DNA of 64,000 nt, from the NCBI GenBank assembly GCA_963717465.1, contig OY970340.1, positions 2,272,001 through 2,336,000 of the forward strand, given 5' to 3'. Positions 20,247-31,672 of this stretch are shown here, one piece after another. A model generated the notes under the pieces. The model saw only the letters and a list, made by a program, of their open reading frames with translations, had not been told where the DNA came from and did no database searches. This DNA is from Candidatus Bathyarchaeota archaeon (GTDB lineage Archaea; Thermoproteota; Bathyarchaeia; Bathyarchaeales; Bathycorpusculaceae). The position numbers were made by a program, and so were the translations under genes. Position 1 is the stretch's first letter, and every line of letters starts with the position of its first letter.

Positions 20247-22700
20247 TTATGCTCCTTGTTTGCCAAAGTCTTTGCCGTCCAAATCAACCTGTACATTCAC
20301 GTTTTGCTTCTTCAGGGGACCAAGCGCAGAAATGTTTTCTTTCAAAGTTTCAGCTACTTTGAGGAACTTTGATGGTTCAGCAGCGCAAAGATTAACCATC
20401 TCCAACCTACCGCTGCCTAAACCTATTCCGTCAAGTATCTCCTTAGCAAAGGTAACTACTTTCTGAGCGCTTTGAGCTCCCTTCATATGATGACAATTAT
20501 TCACAATGCAGCCTGTCAGCAGCACTCCGTCAGCGCCGAACTCAAACGCTTTGAAAATTTGATATAGCGAAACCCAACCCAAGCATGGAACGCGAACAGG
20601 AAGAATGCTGGACGCGTACTTTTTGCCGCCCATGCCCGCCATGTCAACTGCTGCATAACCACACTCATCACAACAGAAGGCTACTATTCTAGGCGAAAGC
20701 GTCGTGCCTGTCTTTGAAAGTAACGTACTCAACTGGTTGAAGACTTGATCATCACTATAATTCTTAAGCTGAATCGCACCAGTTGGGCATCGGCTGGAAC
20801 ATGTGCCGCACTTGTTACATTTAACCTCATCAATCCTCGCGACAGAAGCCACTTTACCGTCCTTTGTTGTAACCTCAACCATCTTAGGTGCAGAGTACGG
20901 ACAAACGTCCACGCAGACTTTGCAGCCATCACACTTATCCTCATCAACAAACGCAACATCCATCCGCTTCTGGAAAGTCGCAGCCTTCAAATCAGAAATA
21001 ACCTGTAATGCTACCGCTTGACCCTGAGTTACAGACTCAGGAATATCCTTAGGCGACTGAACCGCACCGCAAACGTATATTCCATGAACATTGGTCTCAA
21101 CCTGCTTAAGCTTCGAATACAACTCCTGAACAAAACCATCAGAATCAACATTAACACCCAACAAGCCTGCAAGTTTACTTGTGCCTTCCGACGGACGCAA
21201 AGCAACGGATAACGCTACAAGGTCTGATTCGATTTCAAGTGGTCTATTTAGGAATGTGTCTTCAACATCAACAACAAGCTTGCCAGTTGATGGGTCACGA
21301 TTAATCTCCGATGGCTTACCCCTGACAAAGATGACACCTAAATCTCTTGCTTTCGTGAAGTACTCTTCATAGCCCTTTCCGGGTGTTCGAATATCCATGT
21401 AGCAGAAGTAAACCTCCACATTGGGATACTTCTGTTTTATCTGAATCGCATGCTTTAGGCCGAACATGCAGCAAACTTTAGAACAATAAGCATTCGTGCT
21501 AACATCCCTTGAACCCACACATTGAATTATGGTAACGCTTTTTGCTGGTTGACCGTCAGATGGTTTAACCAAGGCGCCGTTTGTCGGGCCAAATGGATCC
21601 AAAATTCGGGATAATTGCAATTGAGTAATAACGTCTTTAGCAACATTATACTTGTACTGCTTTATCACCGATGGGTCGAACTCTTGGAAACCCGTGGCTA
21701 AAACGATTGAACCAACCTTCTGCGTCTGCTCAAAGGCTTTCTCATCCAAATCCACTGCGTGAGACGGACAAGCCTCAACGCATTTTCCGCATCTAGTGCA
21801 AGTCTTAAAGTCAATAGCGTAAACTGGCGGAACAGAGTTGGGATAAGGTAAATAGATGGCTTTCCGCTGGCTCATACCATAATTAAAATCGTTCGCAACC
21901 GTTACTGGGCATACTTCGCTGCATTTGCCACAGTTGGTGCACAAGTTTGGCTTAACGCCTCGTGGCTGAGTTACTGTTTTAACCTCAAAATTGCCAAACG
22001 AGCCTTTAACATCTGAAGCTTCAGTTAAGGTTTGTATTTTAAGGTTCGGATTCTGCATTAAGGCTTGCGCGGTAGAAGCATTTTCTTACTCCTGGCAAGT
22101 TGCGGAATGACGTTATGCAAAATGCGCCATCATCGGTTGGGAAGGCAAGTCCGAGTTTTAATGCGTTTCCGCCTATTACGGGGGCTTTCTCGATTATGGT
22201 GACTTTTTGACCGAAAGATGCTATGTCGGTTGCTGCTTGAAGTCCAGCAACTCCGCTGCCAATTACGAGTACAGAGTTTTCGAGTTTGAATTCTTTTTCA
22301 TCTATAGGTTCATTGCCTAATACGCGGTTAACTGCTGCTGCAACAAGCAGTTTAGCTTTATCATTGGCTCCTGATGGGTCATCAGCGTGGGGCCATGCTA
22401 CTTGTTCGCGTATGTTTGCTATTTCAACAAGAAACGGGTTTAACCCAGCTTCAACAGCACATTTCTTGAACAGAGGCTCATACAATTTGGGTGAGCATGC
22501 TGCGATTACTAATCGGTCTGCGCCGTTTTGTGTGGCAGCTTTTTGATTTCTTTTTGTCCTTCGTCGCTGCAAAGAAAGCTGACTCGTTTAACACTGTTAA
22601 CGTTAGGCATTTGGGATATGTATTTTTCGAGTTCTTCAAAGTTTATTGTTCTGCAGAGTTCTTTTCCGCAATCACAGAGTAAAACGTTTACTGCTTTCAT
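20247..22700 (-). CDS. hdrA: HdrA-MvhD fusion, frameshifts near 22540 and 22065
   Basis: CDCG/FLCS, AACSP, NIREQ, VIGSGVAG, IQCVGSRD, YCSKVCC, ferredoxin motifs, then MvhD AFCC...RVPCLG...GADGV...CHH. Confidence 0.9.
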
Positions 22701-23605
22701 TGCGCTACACCTCTTAAGTTTTCAAGGATTTTTCCAAGGTCAACTTCTTTTATCAGCTTAACAGCCTTCTCTGGGCACACTTCCACGCATTTTTCACAAG
22801 CAACACATTTTCTGGGCGTATACTGCATCTGAGCAAACTCGTTAAGGCCCTCTGGAACAGTAATCGGCGCCGATGGTTTCTTAATTGCCAAGTTAGCTAT
22901 GGTCGCATAAAGAAGACTTCGCTTAGTAACCTTTTCATCAGGAGCAGCGGCAATTTTAGGGGATTGAACGATTTTTTGGAGGTCAAACTTCATTGGAAAG
23001 TCCACTGCTTTTTCCTCGCATGCGTCCCTGCATTTTTTGCACCCGATGCATTTTGTGGAATCATATTCGATTCGTCCGAATTCTTTTAGCTTTTCTGGAA
23101 CGATTAGTGGTTTTTCAGGCGATTTTTGAGCTAAATTAGCAAGCATCGCATATAGAAACTCGCGTTTTGTCAAGCCATCCTTGTCCGTAAACTTAGGCTT
23201 GTTTGGGAAAGCTGGTCCGAGCTTGGTTATTCTTTGGGTTACTTCGTTTACTATTTCGATGAATCTGGGCGCCATTGAGGATGAAAAGTTGAACATTTCA
23301 AGCCTTAATGGATCAATTCCAACCGCTGTCAGCATGTCGCGTAGGAAGTTTACGCGTGCTTTTTCGTGAAGGTTGCCTTCGACAAAGTGGCATCCTCCTT
23401 CAAGGCAGCCGCATACGATTACTCCGTCAGCACCAGATTCAAAAGCCCTCAGCACATAAGTCATGTCTACTTTTCCCGAGCATGGAACACGTATGATTCT
23501 AATTTGCGGGGGATACTGCATTCTGCTAACACCAGCTAAATCTGCGGCTGCATAAGAACAGTAGTTGCAGCAGAAAGCTAGGATTTTTGGTACAAAATCA
23601 GTCAT
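22697..23605 (-). CDS. mvhD: MvhD-like [2Fe-2S] subunit fused to a duplicated ferredoxin module
   Basis: AFCCNYCSYAAADLAG, RVPCSG, GADGV, GCHFVEGN; two CxxCxxCxxxC motifs. Confidence 0.9.
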   Translation of the reverse strand: MTDFVPKILAFCCNYCSYAAADLAGVSRMQYPPQIRIIRVPCSGKVDMTYVLRAFESGADGVIVCGCLEGGCHFVEGNLHEKARVNFLRDMLTAVGIDPLRLEMFNFSSSMAPRFIEIVNEVTQRITKLGPAFPNKPKFTDKDGLTKREFLYAMLANLAQKSPEKPLIVPEKLKEFGRIEYDSTKCIGCKKCRDACEEKAVDFPMKFDLQKIVQSPKIAAAPDEKVTKRSLLYATIANLAIKKPSAPITVPEGLNEFAQMQYTPRKCVACEKCVEVCPEKAVKLIKEVDLGKILENLRGVAQ

Positions 23606-23621
23606 TTTCCATTTGCCTCCA

Positions 23622-25610
23622 TCAAGTGCTTGCTAAACTCTCCACCATCGCATAGATCTGTGCATCCTTATAGTGCCTTAACTGCATAGCGCCAACTGGG
23701 CAAGTTGCAGCACATGAGCCACAGCCCTTGCATTTAACTTCAGTAACCTCAACCACGTTAGTTTCAGGGTTTAGGGCAAGTGCATGATATGGACAAACAT
23801 CAACACATCTGCCACAGCCGATGCAGAGGTCCTTGTCTACAACTGAGGTCATTAAGTCCATTCTTACTTTGCCGTTGGTCAATGGAATTGATGCTTTTGC
23901 TGCAGCACCACTCGCCTGTGAAATCGTGTCAATGATGTCTTTTGGTCCCTGAGCAGTGCCACCCATGAACACACCGTCAGCAAAAGTGTCCAACGGGTTC
24001 ATCTTCGGATGCTGTTCTTGGAAGAAACCATCAGGGCTTCTCGTAATGCTTAATTTAGCATTTAACTCTACAACATCATGCCTTGGAACCATGCCTTCAA
24101 CTAGAACCACCATGTCACTGTCAACATCAATTCTATTATTACCGAACAGCGTATCCTTGATTAAAACATGCGAGCTATTCCCGTCTGTTTTGACTGTTGG
24201 CGGCTCTTCAGGCTTGAACCTTAAGAAGCTAACGCCGAGTTGACGTGCTTTACGATAAATTTCCTCTTGTTGACGACCAAACGTTCGAATATCACGGTAC
24301 ATCACGTAAACTTCTGTTTCTGGAAGCTGCTCTTTAATTAAAATCGCATTCTTAAGAGCGCTGACACAGCAATACCTTGAGCAGTACGGGTTAAACGTAG
24401 TTTTTGCCGCAGGCATGTGTGCTTTATCTTGTCTTGAACCAACACACATTATGAAAGATACGCTTTTTGGCGCTGTACCGTTTGATGGACGCAAAAGCTT
24501 TCCCTGCGTTGGACCGTTAGGATTAAGCATTCTTTCAAGTTGCAGAGTTGTAATTACATCTTTTGATTGTCCAAAACCGAATTCACCTTCTGGAACATAT
24601 GGTTCAAATCCAGTTGAAACAATAACAGTTCCTGTTGGAATCTTGAGTTCTGAGGGTTTTGCGTCCAAGTTAATAGCTTTTTGCGGGCAAATCTCTGCGC
24701 ATTTACCGCATTTAGTGCAAGCTTGCTCATCAATCGTGTAACGGTTTGGATAAGTAACTTTGAATGGTTTATAGATAGCTTTTCGCTGATCCAAGCCAAA
24801 GTTAAAATTGTTAGGAACCGAAACGGGGCAAACTTCCAGTGCATTTTCCGCAAGAATTACATTTCTCATCAACAAACTGCGGCTTTTGCGTGATGTGTAA
24901 ATTAAAGTTTCCAATGTAGCCTTCAATGTGCTCAGCTACTTCTGCGCCGGTTAAAACTGTAACAGTTGGGCTAGCAGCGAGTTTTTCATAGTACGATTTA
25001 AGCGCACTTGAGGCGTCACTACCCCAATAGAGTTTATTGAGCAAAGCTGCGTTACCGCCAAGATAAGGTTCACGTTCAACTAACGTTACCTTAAAGCCAT
25101 AGCCGCCAAATCCAAAGTTGACGTTATGCCACCGACGCCGCCGCCTAAAACAACAGCGTTAGGTATTACGCTTACTTCCATTTTCGCAACAGCCTCAAGT
25201 ATTTTGGCGCGTGCAACAGCCATTTTAACAAGGTCTTTTGCTTTCTCAGTAGCTTCAGCTTTCTGATTCTGATGAGCCCATGAAACATGCTCACGGATGT
25301 TAGCCATCTCAAAGAAAAACGGGTTTACACCGCATTCTTCAAGAACTTTTCTGTAAGTCGGTTCATGCATTCTAGGCGTGCATGAGGCTACAACAACACG
25401 GTTTACGCCAAGTTTTTTTATGTCTTCTTTAATTAGGGCTTGACCTGGCTCTGAACACATGTAAGCATAATGCCGTGAACTTACAACGCCCGGTATTGTT
25501 GCTGCATATTCAGCTACTTTTGCGCAATCAACGGTTCCTGCAATGTTGCTGCCGCAATGGCAAATGTACACGCCGACTTTCGGTTCAGATTTTTCCTTTT
25601 CATCCGACAT
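23622..25610 (-). CDS. hdrA: HdrA-like flavoprotein, frameshifts near 25090 and 24840
   Basis: GVYICHCGSNI, YMCS, ASCTP, NIREH, LGGGVGG, MCVGSR, YCSRYCC, C-terminal ferredoxin. Confidence 0.9.
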
Positions 25611-28331
25611 TATCATGCACCTCCAGCTTCTTCTTGCTGGCAGCAATTGCAGCTTTCATAGCTGCAGCGCTGGCCTGAGCAATGCTGTCAGGAATATCCT
25701 TGGCACATTCCGCCGCCCCTGCAATAAAGACGCCCTCAACAGGTGTAACAACGGAGGATAACTCTGGCTGCAACGTGGCAAAGAATCCATCCTCGGCATT
25801 GGGTAACCCAAGCAGCTGGTTGAGTTTTTGTGAGCTTTTTGCGGGTTGTAAGCCGTTTGATAGGACAACCATCTCGAATTCCTCGTCAATCAACTTGCCC
25901 GTATCTGAGTCTTCTGCGACGATCTTGAGGTTGTTGTTTTCTTTGTTTTCCAATATTTCCGCGACGGATCCTCGTATGAATCGTATTTTGTACTCGTTTT
26001 GTGCTCTCTGGTAGAATTCTTCAAAGCCCTTGCCAAAAGCTCGGATATCCATGTAGAATATGGTTACATTTGTGTCTGGATAATGATCTCTTAGTAGCAC
26101 GGCTTGTTTAATTGCGTACATGCAGCAAACTCGGCTACAGTTGAGGTTGCCTGATTTTCGGTCGCGTGAACCAACGCATTGTATGAAAGCGATTTTCTTA
26201 GGCGTTTTATGATCTGATAACCTATGGAAGTGACCTTCAGTTGGTCCACCAGCGTTGATTAAACGTTCGAATTCTAAGCCATTAATTACATTCTTGTATC
26301 TGCCCCAGCCAAGCTCAGCTTCTTTACTGACATCATACATGTCAAAGCCTGTCGCAACAATAATTGAGCCAACATTTAATTCTATTAACTCGTCTTTTTG
26401 ATCATGAACAGGTGCGTGCGCTTCACAGGCTTTTTCGCATTGCATGCATTCACAGCAGCCACCGCAAGCCAGGCACCGTTTCGCTTCCTCAATGACTTGC
26501 TCTTCAGTTAGGCCTAGCTCAACTTCCTTAAAGTTGCCAACTCTCTCACTAACCGGAATCACGGGCATCTGGGCTCGCGGCTTAATTGGAAAGCCTTCTT
26601 TTGAGACATTTTCAACTTTTTTAATGATTCTTTCTCTGTTCGCCTTAACGTCTTGTCCCGTTATGTAACGGTCAATGGATATGGCTGCTTTCTTGCCGTC
26701 AGCAATGGCTTCAATTACTGACGCGGGGCCCAAGCTAACGTCGCCGCCTGCGAATATTCCTGGCAGGTTAGTTTCGGATGTTAACGGGTCACAAGCCAGG
26801 GTTTTTTGTTTAGTTTGTTCAATTTTTGGTATGAAGCTAAGGTCAACTTGTTGACCAATAGCCTCAATGATATTATCAGTTTCAATGACGAATTCTGAGC
26901 CTGCAATAGGTACAGGTCGTCGTCTTCCGCTTTCGTCAGGTTCACCCAACGCAAGCTTTATGCATTCCACGCCGATCAATTTGCCGTCCTTACTTACAGC
27001 GCCTTTTGGAGCAACAAGGAAAGTGATTTTTACGCCTTCTTTTTCTGCCTCTTCAACTTCATAGGCGTATGCAGGCATTTCTTCTCGGCTTCTACGGTAC
27101 AAAATGTTAACTTCTTTGCATCCAAGCCTCAATGCAACTCTTGATGCGTCAATTGCGACGTTTCCACCGCCGATGACGACGACTTTTTGGCCTAGTTTGA
27201 ACTCGTTGCCCAAGTTCACTTCTCGCAGAAGATCCAGTGCCTGGATAACTCCTGGCGTGTCTTCGTTTTCTATGCCGAGTTTTAATCCTTTTGGCGCTCC
27301 GGTACCGATGAAAACAGCTTTATTATCTTTTAGCAAGCTGTCAACGGTAACGTCAACGCCAACTTTGACGCCAGTTTTTATTTCAACACCTAAATCAGTT
27401 AGGTACTTAATTTCCTCATCTAAGATTTCTTTGGGCAACCTGTATGCAGGAATGCCCGTGCGAAGCATGCCGCCTGGCTTTGGAAGCGCCTCATAAACCG
27501 TTACAGGATAACCCAGCTTAACCAGCTCAAAAGCAGCTGTTAATCCAGCGGGGCCAGCTCCAACAACTGCAACTGTTTCTGTATGAGTCTTGGGTATAGG
27601 TTGAACGTTCTCTTTTTTCTTTGCGTGATCAGCTGCAAAGCGTTTTAACTGGCAAATAGTCAACGGCTGATCTAGTTTACCCCTTTCACATTCAGCTTCG
27701 CATGGATGAAAGCAAACTCGTCCAAGAACGCCTGGAAAAGGTATTGCTTTCCGAACCAGTTCGGTGGCTTCGTCATATTTACCTTGAGAAATTAATGCTA
27801 TGTAACCTTGCGGATTTACGCCTGCAGGACAAGTTGCCCGACAATTGGGTGTTCCTCGCTTATCAATCAAAAACGCGCTTGGAATAGCCTGTGGGAATAA
27901 GCGATAAACCATTTTTCGGTTGTTAAAGCCCATGTTGAACGCGTTTTTCATCTTCAACTGGACAATTCTTTGCGCATTCACCGCATCCAGTGCATTTTTT
28001 CGGGTCAATATAACGAGCTTTTTTGCGTACGGTTACGTTAAAGTTACCTGATTGCCCGGTAACCTTTTCAACTTCTGAGAAAGTCAGTAATTGGATGTTT
28101 GGTTGACGTGAAACATCAACCATTTTCGGAGTTAAAATGCACGCTGAACAGTCCAATGTTGGAAAGGTTTTGTCCAGTTGAGCCATATGTCCGCCTATGC
28201 TTGAATCCTTTTCAACAAGGTAAACTTTAAAGTCCATGTTAGCAAGGTCTAAGGCTGACTGAATACCACAAACTCCAGCCGCCTATAACTAACGCGCTTT
28301 TCTGTTCAGGTTTCTTCAATTCTTGCATCAA
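25600..28331 (-). CDS. hdrA: HdrL-type HdrA with inserted GltD-like NAD(P)H/FAD module, frameshifts near 28280 and 27950
   Basis: LDKTFPTLDCSACI, CRATCPAG, GRVCFHPCEAEC, VGAGPAG, IGGGNVAID, FAGGD, IQCVGSRD, CSRVCC. Confidence 0.9.
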
Positions 28332-28343
28332 TTTCATCAGCAC

Positions 28344-29213
28344 CTATATTTTTTTAATCGCAGAGTCAGTTGGGACTCGATGAGTGTTTAATCCAAGTTC
28401 TTGAGGTTGTAAGCCCATGGATAAAGCTAAGAACTCTGCGTAATGGAACACTGGCAAATTGTATGTTTCATTGAATTTCCGTCTAACATCAAGCTGCCCA
28501 ACATCCAGCGATATGAAACAGAATGGGCAAACCGTAACAGCACAATCCGCTTTGGCTTGCGAGATATTGTAGAGTTTTTCTCTTGCGAGTTGACGGGCAA
28601 TATCATCGTTTACACCTCGCAGCAAACCGCCACAGCACTTGATTTTATGATGGTATGGAACAGTTTTTGCGCCGGTAACCTCAATCAATTCATCAAGAAC
28701 ACATGGCTCTTCCGGATCATCAAATTTGAGAACACTGCTTGGCTTTAGCAGGTGGCATCCGCCAAAAGAAGCAACCTTCAAGTTACTAAGCGGCTTAACA
28801 ACAATTTTCTTTAAACGTTCAAGACCAACATCATTTCTTAAAACCTGCAAGTAATCTTTAACATTAATCGTGCCCTTGAATTGTTTACCAGTAGAGGCTA
28901 AAATCTCGTTAACCTTAGTTCGCAGATGCTCATCTTTTTTCAAAAGCTCATTTGCTTTGCACAGCGTTTCAAAACAGCCGTTGCAAATTGCAATTATATC
29001 TATGCCTTTCTCTTCAGCTAAGCAAATGTTGTAGGCGGATATGGCTATGCTGGCTTCGTGGCTTAAAGATTCAATCGGTGCTGGTGCACAGCAATTGGCG
29101 CCTTCCAAATCAACCAGGTTTATATTTAGGGCTTTGAAGACTTTTCTCACTGCTAACTCGTAACTTGCTTCTCGTGATGGAATCATGCAGCCTAAAAATA
29201 ATGCGTAGCTCAT
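28344..29213 (-). CDS. hdrB: Heterodisulfide reductase subunit B
   Basis: FLGC, NCCAP, CNGC, GCHLLKPS, KCCGG, VCPFC. Confidence 0.93.
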   Translation of the reverse strand: MSYALFLGCMIPSREASYELAVRKVFKALNINLVDLEGANCCAPAPIESLSHEASIAISAYNICLAEEKGIDIIAICNGCFETLCKANELLKKDEHLRTKVNEILASTGKQFKGTINVKDYLQVLRNDVGLERLKKIVVKPLSNLKVASFGGCHLLKPSSVLKFDDPEEPCVLDELIEVTGAKTVPYHHKIKCCGGLLRGVNDDIARQLAREKLYNISQAKADCAVTVCPFCFISLDVGQLDVRRKFNETYNLPVFHYAEFLALSMGLQPQELGLNTHRVPTDSAIKKI

Positions 29214-29790
29214 TGGGTAGTTGCCCCCGTTGCTGGTGCTGCGGCTGCTGTTCTTTTAATTTCTCAATTAACTTGTCAAAACCCGTTGCTGCAGCAATTT
29301 TCTTCACTACATCAGGTGAAGAGCTTGGCACTTTTGGAAGTCCAAGTGTTTGCCTTGACTTTTCAACCTGCGCTGTAATGGGGGCTATTCGTCCAGTGTC
29401 GATTAGCATTGAGCCTTGGTCTATGAATCCTTTTGGCACATGTTTTTCGATTACTGCGAGGTTTCTGATGGCAAACATTAAATCCGCTATTTCAACGCCT
29501 TGCGGGCATCTTTCTTGGCAGGTGTAGCAGGATGCGCAAAGCCAAATTGAATTACTCGACAGGACCTCATCTTTTAAGCCAAGCATTGTCATGTGGATTA
29601 TTTTGCGTGGGTTGTAGGAGTTGTCCAGTTTTCCAACTGGGCATCCTCCAGTGCAACTTCCACATTGATAGCACTTGTATAATTCTTCTCCCCCATGCTG
29701 ACTTTTAACAGCTAACGGAAACTTATGATCAAGCTTACTAGAATGAATCGTTTCAGTGGGATTTTGGTTAACGACTTCAGGATTACTCAT
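29210..29790 (-). CDS. hdrC: Heterodisulfide reductase subunit C (3' frameshift extends the tracked ORF to 29110)
   Basis: CYQCGSCTGGCP, WLCASCYTCQERCPQGV; the alternative frame ends in an ATGA overlap with hdrB. Confidence 0.9.
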
Positions 29791-29907
29791 AGATTACACC
29801 ACTCCAGTAGTCGTTTGTATTGTTTTGAATCCAAAACTCTCGTATTAAAAGAGTTTTAGGGTAAATATCGTTTTTTATTGAAAGAGTTCCCAAAATTTTT
29901 TCCCTCT

Positions 29908-30816
29908 TTAAGTTACTCCAAGTTTTTCTAGAAGTTCATCTACGATAACTCGGTTTTCATAAAGTCCAAGCTCTTGGGCAGAATAACCCTGAGCTAAACC
30001 AAGTAGCTGAGTGTAGTGAAGAACTGGAATCCTGTGCTTTTCCTTCAGAATCCCATTGGCTGTAAGGTCGAATTGGACATGGCAAGCTGGACAAACCGTA
30101 ATCAACGCGTCTGCACCTGATTTTTTAAAGCTGTCTATCTTTGCTTGGACGATTTTTGTTGCCAATTCTTGATCAACATTCATTGCTGAAGAGCCACAGC
30201 ACAGTTTCTTTTCTTGATAATCAACGCATTTTGCGCCCGTCACTTCGATTAACGAGTCTAGAAGCTTTGGTTCTTCTGGATCATCCAAATTAATTTCAGA
30301 TGAAGGCTTGAGTATATGGCAACCGTAATGAGGCGCAACCTTTAGTTTGCTTAGGGGACGAGAAATTGAGTTCTTAATTTTCTCAATACCGATATCTTGC
30401 AAAAGCAAGGGCATGATATGTTGAATTCTTGATGTACCATTAAATTTCAGGCCAACTTCAGCAAGAACCTGATTAACTTGATCTTTAAGATTAGAATTTT
30501 CAAGCAAAGAGGTGTGAACTCGCTTCATGTGACCGTAACACGCAGTACACGGCGTTACCGCATTCAAACCCATTTTGTCAAAGATAGCTAAATTTCTAGC
30601 TGCCAAGATAATCGAAGCCCTGTAATCAACTGGCTCCATGAAAAAGCCACAACAGCTTGCCTTTTCGACGTCAACAAGCTCAATTCCGAGCTTTTCAGCG
30701 ATTTTTCTGAAAGATAATTCATAAGCATTCTCTTTTTGGGGGGTCACACACCCTGAAAAGTAGGCATACTTCAAGGTAACGCTTCCCTCTCTTGATTTAT
30801 TTAGTAACGTAGGCAA
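29908..30816 (-). CDS. hdrB: Heterodisulfide reductase subunit B (second copy)
   Basis: YFSGC, SCCG, CTAC, HYGCHILKPS, LCCG, VCPAC. Confidence 0.93.
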   Translation of the reverse strand: MPTLLNKSREGSVTLKYAYFSGCVTPQKENAYELSFRKIAEKLGIELVDVEKASCCGFFMEPVDYRASIILAARNLAIFDKMGLNAVTPCTACYGHMKRVHTSLLENSNLKDQVNQVLAEVGLKFNGTSRIQHIMPLLLQDIGIEKIKNSISRPLSKLKVAPHYGCHILKPSSEINLDDPEEPKLLDSLIEVTGAKCVDYQEKKLCCGSSAMNVDQELATKIVQAKIDSFKKSGADALITVCPACHVQFDLTANGILKEKHRIPVLHYTQLLGLAQGYSAQELGLYENRVIVDELLEKLGVT

Positions 30817-31370
30817 ATCACTATGATTTAAATAGTACGAGAACTTTTTGCTAAAACTTACATGTAATCAGCTTTGTTTCTTTATTCATGCCATGGTTGA
30901 AATTCTTCCAGCAATGTCTATTCTGCTCTTAACCAAGCTTTCGTTGGCTAAATTTCTCCAAACATGTTTAAAGTATGCTATTTAAGGACAGTTTAATGCA
31001 AATTTGTTTAGCTCTTCTCTTATGCTTTTAATGGAAGAAAGCGAAGAATAGCATGACATCTCTTTTAGATGATAATTCGAAGCAGAATTGGACAAAAGAA
31101 TACAGCAACTTAAAAAACAAACGAGCGAGAAACCAGCAACTATTTCATAATCAGGTTTTAAAAACCCCGAAGCAATTCAAGAGTAAATCAATTTTTCTAT
31201 CATTGACAATTTTGGTTTATTAAAAACTGCAACATACATGAATTAAGTTTTCTTCTTTGGAAATTGTATTTTTGTAGTACAAATTTTTCAAAAGACTTAT
31301 GTCTCAAAACATATAAACAGTCGATATAACAGTATGGAACCTGTAGATCTCATAAAAGAAGTGGAAAAAA

Positions 31371-31568
31371 TTGTTATGGGATATGGCATCATTTTTTGCA
31401 CAACTAATTTTGATAGCAAACGCGATATTCCTGATTGCCAGCGCGGTTATAATTCAATCCAAGAACAAGAAAATAGCAATATTCATGAAAGTCATTAAAG
31501 GAATCATAACCCTAAGCATTATCATCGGAATAGTAGACTTAGTAGCCGTAATACTTTGGATTGCATGA
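31371..31568 (+). CDS. Small two-helix membrane protein
   Basis: Two hydrophobic helices. Confidence 0.45.
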   Translation: MLWDMASFFAQLILIANAIFLIASAVIIQSKNKKIAIFMKVIKGIITLSIIIGIVDLVAVILWIA

Positions 31569-31672
31569 GAATAAAATCAAACCTAAAATTATTTCAGCAC
31601 AGCAGACTGTTTTTAAGTCTAATAAAATAACGTTTTACTCTTACCCTTTTTTCATGCACTGTTTTTTACGCT

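Noticed and set aside
20166..29527. Many plus-strand ORFs opposite the hdr cluster
   Set aside because: Antisense shadows of well-conserved genes with no motifs of their own
19691..30816. Selenocysteine recoding in hdrA or mvhD
   Set aside because: The relevant positions are Cys codons, and the ORF breaks are frameshifts rather than in-frame TGA
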